Positions 21,237-29,911 of a DNA stretch of 40,707 nucleotides are shown here, piece after piece; position 1 is the first letter of the stretch; every line of letters starts with the position of its first letter. This stretch comes from an uncultured Flavobacteriales bacterium. Its GTDB lineage: Bacteria > Bacteroidota > Bacteroidia > Flavobacteriales_D > JABDKJ01. The stretch covers positions 1 through 40,707 of the forward strand of contig CALFHF010000207.1 of assembly GCA_937875855.1 (NCBI GenBank). The letters run 5' to 3'. Under the pieces are notes generated by a model that saw only the letters and a program-made list of their open reading frames with translations, made no database searches and was not told where the DNA came from. The position numbers and the translations under genes are program-made.

Positions 21237-21278
21237 TGAACCCTTGCAAGGAAAATTAGAGGCCATGAGACTGAACAC

Positions 21279-24200
21279 ATGGAATTCCTTATTAAAAAAA
21301 CGCTTCTTCTATTCATTGCGCTCCTATCATGGACAGCCATTCAGGCTAACCATATATCAGGGGCCAATATAGAATACGAATGCCTCGGAGGTGGCAGTTA
21401 TAGGGTTACTCTGAATGTATTTCAAGACTGTGAAGACATCACTGTAGCTCCTACTCAAAATCTCAGAGCCGTACCTGATTGTAATTTTGGCTTCTTCTCC
21501 TTCAGCCTTCCATTGATTAGTAATGTGGAAGTATCTCAGCTCTGTTCTTCCCTGATTTTGCAAAGCGAATGCAATGGAGGATTGCTCCCCGGGAAGAGGC
21601 ACTTGATGTATCAAGGGCTGGTCAATATTCCTTCAACTTGCCCAGAATATAGAATCCTTTGGAAATTCAATTACCGCACTCCGACCACCAATGTCTCAGG
21701 AACTCAGAGCTTCTATGTGCATGCGATCATTAGGCCCCAAGAAGGGTGCAACAGCTCACCCCAAATCACCATTCAGCAATTGCCTTATGTCTGTGCAGGT
21801 CAGGCCATCAATTACAATTTCGGTGCATTAGACATAGAGAGCGATAGCTTAGTCTATTCCTATACGAATTCTCTTTCTTCTGATGGCGGAAATGGCTTCG
21901 TATCTGTAGTTTATGAACCAGGATTTAGTGGTATCGCACCTATTCCTGGTTGTACTATCAACTCAGAGACTGGAGTTCTCTCTTTCATTGCCCCAGCCAT
22001 AGGTGAATATACAATCACAATACAGGTAGAACAGTATAATGATGCGGGCGTTTTCGTAGGGAGCATATCGATTGATGTGAATATTGTTGCAGATTTTTGT
22101 CCTAATCCTCCTCCTGAATTGGTAATCAATGCTCTACAGAATTTCAGTGGTAACGCCACCTTGACAGGCCCTCATACTATCGAAATGTGTTATGGGGAGT
22201 TTTTCTGCGCTGATATTTTATTCAATTCGTCTGTTCCTATTGCAGATATTCAAGTGATTTCCAACATACAGACAGTCCTTCCTGGAGCTACGCTTACCTA
22301 TACTGGCGGAAACCCAAGTACAGCCACAGTGTGCTGGGAGGCAAATCAATTTGGACTAGATGGAACTATCGTGCTCATAGCAGATGATGACCTATGTCCG
22401 CTTCCAGGAATCGTTTCTTTCAGTTTCAATGTGGATGTAAAACCGGGAGTCTACGCTGGACCTAATCGGATTATTTGTCCGGGAGAAGCTGAACAGCTGC
22501 AGGCATTGGGTGATTCAGATTTCAACTGGGAAGTTTATCAAGGAGAACCAATGGTGATAGGAACTAATTTTTCTTGCAATCCTTGCAGTAATCCTATTGC
22601 TTCTCCCAACTCGACCACGACCTATATAGTCACAGGAATAGATCCCGCTGCCGAGTGCTTTTACAAGGACACATTGACCTTGACCGTTGCGCTTGATTTG
22701 AATACCCTCGTTACTGATGTAGGATGTATTGGGAATGAAGGAGCAATAGCGTTAGAAATTCTTAGTGGTAGCGGAGATTATAGTCTTGAGTTCGAAGGTG
22801 TTCAGTACGAATTGACTTCAAATCTCTTTGATAGCATTGGATTAAGCCCCGGCACATATGAGATTATTGTCACAGATGATATCGCTGGATGCAGTGTTAC
22901 CTTGAATGAGACCGTTGGTTCCTTGACCATTCCTATTCCCGATGCAGGAGTAGGTCCTGCACAGCCATTTTGTGCTAGCACATATGCACTTCAAGCAAGT
23001 TCCACTGGAGGATCTCTTTTTTGGACAGGAACAGGTCCGGGTATCGTGTCGTTTAGCCCTAATGAGACTACAGAAGATGCTACTGTCACAGTTGATACAG
23101 CAGGGAGTTATTGGTTTTATCTGTCAGAATCAGATGGTTTCTGTGCCAAAACAGATTCAGTTCAGATCATTTTCCTTGGAGATATTAATGCCAATGCCGG
23201 GGCTAACATTACAGTATGCGGAACACAGACCGTTCTATCTGCTTCCCAAAACTATGGTACTGGAACATGGCTCTCAGTGCCGGCTGGAGCTGTCTTCTCA
23301 GGTGGAGCGAGCAATCCTAATCCCTCTGTGACTGTACCTGGCACGGGCACGTACACTTTCTTTTGGCAAGTAAATGGAGGAAATAGTTGCGCAGATGCAG
23401 ATGACGTTCAAATAATCTTCAAGCCATATCCAACTGCCTTAGCAGGTGCAGATCACACCAGCTGTTTAACAACAGACACTTTATCAGCCACCGCTACGAA
23501 TGGAACGGGGACATGGACATGGCCTGCAGGAGTGAGCGTTAACAATGCCATCGACCCTAATGCCGCAGTTACCCTGACCGGGAGTCCTGGTATCTATACC
23601 CTTACTTGGACCGTGAGTAATGGGACCTGCAGCACTTTTGACGAGATTGATATCGAATTCGAATTCGTTCCTAACTCAAATGCTGGTTTCGACCAGTCCA
23701 ATGTCTGCGGCCTGAGTACAGTCCTTGCCGCCAATGGAAGCATAGGATTATGGTCAGGTCCTTCTGGAATAAGCTTCGCGGACGCTACCGACCCGCTGAG
23801 TTCGTTAGCTGTGACTGCAGGAGGAGCATATACACTGACATGGACTTTAGGAACTGGGATATGTGCTTCGATCGATGACGTCATCATACTCTTTCAAGAA
23901 ATTCCTGAAGCCAATGCCGGAACTGACCTTAGCGTTTGCAGTGCTGATCTGATATTAGGTGCTACTCCAAGTGTGGGGACAGGTCAATGGACTCTTCCTG
24001 CTGGCGTAACAATCAGTGATATCAGCGACCCTAATGCTTCACTGAGCACACTCACATATGGCACGTATATTCTCACTTGGACGGAAACGAATGGAACAGC
24101 ATGTACTAACGCAGATCAAGTAGAGGTCAGTTTTATCCAACAGCCTTCCACCAATGCAGGAAATGATCAAAGTGTATGTGGACTCACGGCAACCTTGGCA

Positions 24201-27200
24201 GCACTGCCATCAGTTGGAAACGGAATATGGATTGGTCCTGCTCAAGTGAGTTTTGACGACTTGAATTCCCCGACAGCTCAAATGACAAGCTCTGCGTATG
24301 GGAGCTATACACTCACTTGGACTGAAGAAAATGGAAATGGGTGCATAAGCACGGACCAAGTGATAATCAACTTCATAGAAAACCCAATAGCAGATGCTGG
24401 TCCTGATACAGCATTGTGCTCACCGAGCTATTCCCTTCAAGCTAATCCTAGCATTGGTGCCGGAACATGGACAATCCCAGCAGGATTGAATCCCAGCGAT
24501 TTATCTGATCCTAATTGTATTCTGACAGCTGATGCTTTTGGCATCTATATATTGACATGGTCAGAGGATAATGGCAATGGATGTAGCTCTAGTGATCAAG
24601 TAGAGCTGGTCTTCGTTGAGCAGCCTATGGCATTTGCTGGAAATGACACCATACTTTGTGGTAATCAGTTCATGCTCAACGCTATACCTACAGTGGGGTC
24701 AGGCACTTGGAATCTGGAACCAGGATTAATTTTCTCCGATGTCAATGCCCCGAGTTCTACAATCAATGCTCTTGTTTACGGCTCGTATTCACTCACTTGG
24801 ACAGAGGATAATGGCAATGGATGTAGCTCTAGTGATCAAGTGATGGTTCAATTCACCGAGCAACCTGATTCAGAGGCTGGATCTGATATGAGCAGCTGTG
24901 ATGAAGACATTGACTTGAACGCCATTCAAGGTGCAGGAACTGGAATATGGACTGGTCCTTCCAACATTAACTTCCTTGACGCTACTGATCCAACTACGAG
25001 TATTTCATCAAGCGCGAATGGAAGCTTCACCTTGTATTGGACTGTGACAAATGGAAGTTGTACTTCTGTAGACTCTCTCCTCGCAACCTATAGCGACCCC
25101 CCTGTTGCTGATGCTGGAACTTATTCTCCATTCTGCGGAAACACAGCAACACTGAGTGCTTCGTTCACCAGTGGAACAGGACATTGGATTTTCCCAGCTG
25201 GAATAAGCGGAGATGAAAATGATCCCAATGCTGAGATTACCGCTCTGGCTTCAGGGACATATAGTTTGGAATGGATAATCATAATTGGGCAATGCAGCGA
25301 TACCGCACAAGTATCTATTACATTCCTTTCTCTTCCCATTGCAGAAGCTGGTCCTTCGATTTCTATTTGCGGAAACAGTGCGTTCCTTTCAGCTGATCCT
25401 GCGCTTGGAACGGGTCAATGGAGTTTCCCCTCTGGAATCACTGGAAATGTGAATGTGCCCAATCCTATGATTAGCACCAGTTCTTATGGTTCTTTCACTA
25501 TGTATTGGAATGTAACCGATGCTTCTGGATGTATAGCAGTAGACTCCGTCTCCTTAGCTTTCATCCAAAACCCTAGTCCTGCAGCAGGAGAAGATTTCCA
25601 GCTCTGTGGAAATCAAGGCACACTTAACGCGGCACCAAGTTTCGGGATAGGTTCTTGGATCGATCAGTCAGGAATTTCTATTGATAATTTATCGAACCCT
25701 CAAGCAAGCATTACTGCTTCTCCTGGAGTCTATACGCTAATATGGTCTGAGGTCAATGAAGGATTCTGTTCAGCTCAAGACACAGTGATGGTGACCTTCA
25801 CGGCACAACCTCAAGCAACGTTAACCTCCTCCAACGAAAGCATTTGTGGTAATTCTGCAAGCGTACAAGCAGCTTTTTCAGTACCTGGATCTACTGGGAT
25901 CTGGACTGGTTCATCTGCTTTAACCTTCTCAAATCCTACTGCGATTAACAGCACTGTGACAAGCTCAGGATATGGCCCTAAGATTATTCTATGGATAGAA
26001 AACAATGCTGGATGTGTGGATACAGCTCAGGTCGTAATGACCTTCTTCCAAGTTCCTCAGGTTGAGGCTGGAAATCCACAAAGTATGTGTGGTCTTTCTA
26101 TGGCTTTGCAAGGAAGTATTAGTGTCGGTGAAGGCATTTGGACTGGACCTGGAGTCACCTTTGGTTTACCTGAACTTCCAACTTCAATGGTCACAGCCAG
26201 TGCATTTGGAACCTATATCCTCACTTGGACCGCAGAGAACGGACCATGCCAGGTGCAAGATCAAGTTGAGGTTACCTTTTTGAATTCTCCCATTTCTAAT
26301 GCAGGTTCAGATCAGCAAATCTGTGGATTACAAGCTCAAACAGCAGCATTACCTAGCACTGGAATAGGTACTTGGACGTTCCCCACTGGAGTCTCTATGT
26401 CTAACGTAAACGATCCTCTAGCCCCTTTCTCTAACAGCAATTATGGCCCAATAACCTTGACCTGGACGGAGGATAATGGGACGTGCGCTGCAAGTGATCA
26501 AGTCACTTACACGTATTTCCAAATGCCCAATGCTAATGCAGGTTCAGATATAGACGATTGCGGTCTTGTGGGAATTCTATCAGCTATCCCAAGTATAGGA
26601 AATGGAACTTGGAGCGGGCCTCCAAATATTGGATTCGCGAATGCGACTAACCCTAATACAAGTTTCAACAGCAGTATCTCAGGTAACTTCAGTCTCATTT
26701 GGACAGAAGTTAACGGTGTCTGTTCTGATCAAGAATCACTAGGTCTTCAATTGACCCCAGAACCTCTAGCGAATGCTGGTCAAGATGCTACTCAATGTGG
26801 AACCTCTTATACCCTCCAGGCACTGCCAAGCACAGGAACAGGTTCATGGAATGGGGGCCCAGGCGTGAGCTTTATTCCTTCGCCTAACGTTCCTGGTGCA
26901 ACTGCTATGGTAACTGGTCCGGGCTCATATACCTTCACCTGGACTGAGGACAATGGCTTGTGCAGTGATCAAGACTTAGTGAATGTTGAATTCAATGATA
27001 GTCCTGATACTTCCTCAACTCAAGTGATCTGCTTGAATGCGAATACACAATATCAAGTCATCATACAGATTATTAACGGTGAAGCAAGTTCATATGAAGT
27101 GACTGGAAGTCAAGGAAATCTATCTGGATCAGTATTCAATTCTGGGATATTCAATGTTCAAGACTCGTATTCGTTCCTGATTAGCGATGCTCATAATTGC

Positions 27201-29333
27201 GGGTCCATTTCTATTGCAGGGACTGCCTTCTGTCCTTCTTTATCCAATGCGGGCATCCTTGATTTAGATACGTTGCACGCATGTCCATCGGAAAGTGCTG
27301 AGGCCATCGTCCTCTCATCAGCATTCTTAGACCCTAATGATGTTCAAGCTTTTTTCCTTCATGAACAGGCGAATGGCCTTGGCACTATTTGGGCAAGTTC
27401 AGAAAATCCACTATTCAGCTTTCAAGCTGGAATGACCCTAGGTCAGGTTTATTTTATCAGTTCAGTGGCAGGAAATGATGACGGAACAGGTCTTCCTGAT
27501 TTGACTTCACCAGGTACTGATTTCTCACTTGCCGTTCCCGTTATTTTCCATGCGAACCCAGAAATCTCTGCCCTTCCCTTAATAGCCGAGCATTGTCCGG
27601 GAGAACCCGCTATCATTTATTTCAATATAGAAGGAATTCCCTCATTCGAATTGACCTACCTACAAGACGGTATCCTGCAAACAAGCGGATATAACACGAC
27701 TGGCCCTCAGACCTTGGTTCTTGATGCTACTCAAATGGTCATCTGGCTTGAACTCAGTGATGCGTATTGTGCAGCTGAATCAAATCAAATCAGCACCATT
27801 TACGTCCTTCCTACTCCAAGCATGACAGCTCAAGATTCACTCATTTTTTGTAATGGAGCAACTGAAAATATTGAATTACAATTTGAAGGGTCGGGTCCCT
27901 ATGAGCTCACTTGGCAAGTCAATTTTTTAGAACCTGTTAATCTTACTTCAGCTCAAGACGTTCTGCCTTTCAGCCCTTCTGCATCAGGCGATTACGTGTT
28001 TTATAATCTCTCTGACGCAGTTTGTGGCTCTACTGATAGTGTTTTAGTTTATGTGGACATCATTCCATTGCCTCTTGCTGATGCAGGACCTGACCAGACC
28101 ATTTGCGAAGGTGAAAGTGTTCAATTAGGAACCTCTGGCCTTCCTGACCACCTCTACACATGGAACAATAACGGTTTCCTTGATGACACTAGTAGCTCAC
28201 AACCACAAGGAATTTTTAATGAAATAGGAGCAGAAAGCCTAGTGGTGACTTTCAATCTTGAAGTATCCGCGTTTGGATGCAGTAACATTGACGAAGTTGT
28301 AGTTATTGTCAACCCGTTGCCTTTTGATACTGGCATAAGTGGTGCTGACAAAGTATGCCTCGGGTTAAACACTATGCTCACAGCTACAGGTGGAGCTGCA
28401 TACATATGGGCAAACCTTGGTTCTGACTCTTTATCGAATCCTATTACCATTACCCCATCAACTGATGCCACATACATCGTTCAGATTTTTACTGAATTCG
28501 GATGTTCAGTTAGTGAGAGCTTCTCGATTGAAGTTCTTGCTTTACCTGAGGTCGACCTATTGGCTGATTCATATGCTGGCTGTCCTCCTATGGAAGTAGC
28601 TGTTATGAATCTCGTTCAAGTTCCTGCAAGTTCTTCGTGTGAATGGAGTATCAATGCAGGCACACTTTCTGATTCCGACTGTGACTTGGCTTCTGCAGAA
28701 CTTTCAATCCCAGGAAACTACGTAGTAAGTCTTTCTATTACAGATAGCTTCGGTTGCATTGGAACAGCTCTAACCGACACCATTAGAGTCAATGAAACCA
28801 TTGCCGCATTCCACATGTATCCTGATGTCCTCACCATGGATGATGCACAGGTTCAAGTATTCGGTACTTCAAATAATATAGCCCAATGGATCTGGTTTTT
28901 TGAAGGAGAAGTAGTCGCTCAAGGAGTATCTCCCATTATTTCCCTTGATGTTCCTCGCCCTGATTATTATGAACTTTGTCTGGCCATCATAGGGAACAAC
29001 GGTTGTGCAGATACGCTATGCAAGGACTTTGAAATATTGAATAACGTTAAGGTATGGGTGCCTAATAGTTTCAGCCCTGATGGAAATGGACTGAATGAAG
29101 GCTTCCATGCAGTAGTAGATGGAGCTGAGTATATATCCAACTATAGTCTTCATGTCTTTGACCGCAGAGGACTTATGGTCTTCGATTCCAACACTTGGAC
29201 TGAACCATGGAAAGGTGAAAGCATGAGAGAAAAAGATACTATGCAAGGTGTCTATCAATGGCATCTCATGATGAGTGTCTTCGGGGAATCCTATCCAAGG
29301 GAATACCGTGGCACAGTGACTATCCTTCGATAG
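21279..29333 (+). CDS. 2684-aa secreted surface protein with tandem Ig/PKD-like repeats and a T9SS type B (gliding motility-associated) C-terminal domain
   Basis: Sec signal peptide ending IQA; one SprB-like repeat (~22710-22919); 17 two-Cys repeats; PKD-like units; CTD VWVPNSFSPDGNGLNEGF...VFDRRG...WKG...GVYQW...GTVTILR (29052-29333). Confidence 0.93.
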   Translation: MEFLIKKTLLLFIALLSWTAIQANHISGANIEYECLGGGSYRVTLNVFQDCEDITVAPTQNLRAVPDCNFGFFSFSLPLISNVEVSQLCSSLILQSECNGGLLPGKRHLMYQGLVNIPSTCPEYRILWKFNYRTPTTNVSGTQSFYVHAIIRPQEGCNSSPQITIQQLPYVCAGQAINYNFGALDIESDSLVYSYTNSLSSDGGNGFVSVVYEPGFSGIAPIPGCTINSETGVLSFIAPAIGEYTITIQVEQYNDAGVFVGSISIDVNIVADFCPNPPPELVINALQNFSGNATLTGPHTIEMCYGEFFCADILFNSSVPIADIQVISNIQTVLPGATLTYTGGNPSTATVCWEANQFGLDGTIVLIADDDLCPLPGIVSFSFNVDVKPGVYAGPNRIICPGEAEQLQALGDSDFNWEVYQGEPMVIGTNFSCNPCSNPIASPNSTTTYIVTGIDPAAECFYKDTLTLTVALDLNTLVTDVGCIGNEGAIALEILSGSGDYSLEFEGVQYELTSNLFDSIGLSPGTYEIIVTDDIAGCSVTLNETVGSLTIPIPDAGVGPAQPFCASTYALQASSTGGSLFWTGTGPGIVSFSPNETTEDATVTVDTAGSYWFYLSESDGFCAKTDSVQIIFLGDINANAGANITVCGTQTVLSASQNYGTGTWLSVPAGAVFSGGASNPNPSVTVPGTGTYTFFWQVNGGNSCADADDVQIIFKPYPTALAGADHTSCLTTDTLSATATNGTGTWTWPAGVSVNNAIDPNAAVTLTGSPGIYTLTWTVSNGTCSTFDEIDIEFEFVPNSNAGFDQSNVCGLSTVLAANGSIGLWSGPSGISFADATDPLSSLAVTAGGAYTLTWTLGTGICASIDDVIILFQEIPEANAGTDLSVCSADLILGATPSVGTGQWTLPAGVTISDISDPNASLSTLTYGTYILTWTETNGTACTNADQVEVSFIQQPSTNAGNDQSVCGLTATLAALPSVGNGIWIGPAQVSFDDLNSPTAQMTSSAYGSYTLTWTEENGNGCISTDQVIINFIENPIADAGPDTALCSPSYSLQANPSIGAGTWTIPAGLNPSDLSDPNCILTADAFGIYILTWSEDNGNGCSSSDQVELVFVEQPMAFAGNDTILCGNQFMLNAIPTVGSGTWNLEPGLIFSDVNAPSSTINALVYGSYSLTWTEDNGNGCSSSDQVMVQFTEQPDSEAGSDMSSCDEDIDLNAIQGAGTGIWTGPSNINFLDATDPTTSISSSANGSFTLYWTVTNGSCTSVDSLLATYSDPPVADAGTYSPFCGNTATLSASFTSGTGHWIFPAGISGDENDPNAEITALASGTYSLEWIIIIGQCSDTAQVSITFLSLPIAEAGPSISICGNSAFLSADPALGTGQWSFPSGITGNVNVPNPMISTSSYGSFTMYWNVTDASGCIAVDSVSLAFIQNPSPAAGEDFQLCGNQGTLNAAPSFGIGSWIDQSGISIDNLSNPQASITASPGVYTLIWSEVNEGFCSAQDTVMVTFTAQPQATLTSSNESICGNSASVQAAFSVPGSTGIWTGSSALTFSNPTAINSTVTSSGYGPKIILWIENNAGCVDTAQVVMTFFQVPQVEAGNPQSMCGLSMALQGSISVGEGIWTGPGVTFGLPELPTSMVTASAFGTYILTWTAENGPCQVQDQVEVTFLNSPISNAGSDQQICGLQAQTAALPSTGIGTWTFPTGVSMSNVNDPLAPFSNSNYGPITLTWTEDNGTCAASDQVTYTYFQMPNANAGSDIDDCGLVGILSAIPSIGNGTWSGPPNIGFANATNPNTSFNSSISGNFSLIWTEVNGVCSDQESLGLQLTPEPLANAGQDATQCGTSYTLQALPSTGTGSWNGGPGVSFIPSPNVPGATAMVTGPGSYTFTWTEDNGLCSDQDLVNVEFNDSPDTSSTQVICLNANTQYQVIIQIINGEASSYEVTGSQGNLSGSVFNSGIFNVQDSYSFLISDAHNCGSISIAGTAFCPSLSNAGILDLDTLHACPSESAEAIVLSSAFLDPNDVQAFFLHEQANGLGTIWASSENPLFSFQAGMTLGQVYFISSVAGNDDGTGLPDLTSPGTDFSLAVPVIFHANPEISALPLIAEHCPGEPAIIYFNIEGIPSFELTYLQDGILQTSGYNTTGPQTLVLDATQMVIWLELSDAYCAAESNQISTIYVLPTPSMTAQDSLIFCNGATENIELQFEGSGPYELTWQVNFLEPVNLTSAQDVLPFSPSASGDYVFYNLSDAVCGSTDSVLVYVDIIPLPLADAGPDQTICEGESVQLGTSGLPDHLYTWNNNGFLDDTSSSQPQGIFNEIGAESLVVTFNLEVSAFGCSNIDEVVVIVNPLPFDTGISGADKVCLGLNTMLTATGGAAYIWANLGSDSLSNPITITPSTDATYIVQIFTEFGCSVSESFSIEVLALPEVDLLADSYAGCPPMEVAVMNLVQVPASSSCEWSINAGTLSDSDCDLASAELSIPGNYVVSLSITDSFGCIGTALTDTIRVNETIAAFHMYPDVLTMDDAQVQVFGTSNNIAQWIWFFEGEVVAQGVSPIISLDVPRPDYYELCLAIIGNNGCADTLCKDFEILNNVKVWVPNSFSPDGNGLNEGFHAVVDGAEYISNYSLHVFDRRGLMVFDSNTWTEPWKGESMREKDTMQGVYQWHLMMSVFGESYPREYRGTVTILR
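22932..27002 (+). repeat. 17 tandem ~240-bp (78-83 aa) coding repeats
   Basis: Consensus PxAxAGxDxxxCGxxxxLxAxPSxGxGxWxxPxGxxFxxxxxPxxxxTxxxYGxYxLTWTExNGxCxxxDQVxVxF, aligned by eye. Confidence 0.93.
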
Positions 29334-29384
29334 TAAGTTCTTCTTCCTTAGACTCTATTCAAAATGAAAAAAATAAAGGGCAAT

Positions 29385-29417
29385 AAAAAACCCTCTTACC
29401 GCATGCGGTAAGAGGGT
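29385..29417 (-). terminator. Intrinsic terminator between convergent genes; U-tract is on the minus strand
   Basis: Perfect 28-bp palindrome ACCCTCTTACCGCATGCGGTAAGAGGGT (29390-29417) followed on the minus strand by a T run. Confidence 0.85.
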
Positions 29418-29474
29418 CGATTCTTTAAAAAAACCTAAGATCAGTGACCTTTTAGTTTTTCACCAGCTTTAGCT

Positions 29475-29747
29475 TCAGTTTCCGGCTTTATCAACTGCAG
29501 TTTCTGCAGCATCAGCAGCGTTTTCAGCAGCATCAACAGCTCCGTCAACTGCAGTTTCTGCAGCGTCCATTGCTTCACCAGTTGCTTCCGTAGCGCTTTC
29601 CATTGCTTCACCTGCAGCTTCAGTAGCTGATTCAGTAGCATTTTCCATTGCGTCAGTAGCGTCTTCCATCTTAGTAGTAGCTTCTCCACATGAAGTGAAA
29701 GCGAATACTGTAAGGGCGATAATTAAAAGAGAATTAAACTTTCTCAT
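29475..29747 (-). CDS. Small acidic Ala/Glu/Thr/Asp-rich repeat lipoprotein of unknown function
   Basis: MRKFNSLLIIALTVFAFTS-C lipoprotein signal; low-complexity helical repeats; downstream terminator. Confidence 0.88.
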   Translation of the reverse strand: MRKFNSLLIIALTVFAFTSCGEATTKMEDATDAMENATESATEAAGEAMESATEATGEAMDAAETAVDGAVDAAENAADAAETAVDKAGN

Positions 29748-29752
29748 TGCTT

Positions 29753-29767
29753 TATATATATATATAT
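29753..29767. repeat. (TA)7T dinucleotide tract
   Basis: tatatatatatatat, 5 nt upstream of the lipoprotein ATG. Confidence 0.9.
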
Positions 29768-29880
29768 TGGGATTAGACCTTGAAATTGGCGCAAAGGAAA
29801 GTAAATTCCTGAGAACCTAGGAATTAATAAAGAAAATCTTTGTCTTTTTTCGACAAACCAAGGAATTAGGTCCATAGTCA

Positions 29881-29888
29881 TATCTTTG
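29881..29888 (+). promoter_or_regulatory. -7 promoter element for the glycosyltransferase-pyrC-DUF4296 unit
   Basis: Exact TAnnTTTG match (TATCTTTG) 23 nt before the TTG start; no clear -33 element. Confidence 0.65.
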
Positions 29889-29911
29889 TCCCTTATCAAT
29901 TATTCTTCTTT

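Noticed and set aside
22932-27002. CRISPR array or diversity-generating retroelement explanation for the repeats
   Set aside because: Repeats are in-frame protein units of ~240 bp; no cas or reverse transcriptase gene; the 40-bp duplicate has no adenine-specific mismatches
21279-29333. Naming the giant protein sprB
   Set aside because: Only one SprB-like repeat and no sprC/sprD/sprF neighbours
29441-29689. 82-aa Leu/Gln/Lys-rich ORF overlapping the lipoprotein on the same strand
   Set aside because: Alternate-frame read of the repetitive lipoprotein gene, which has the signal peptide and lipobox
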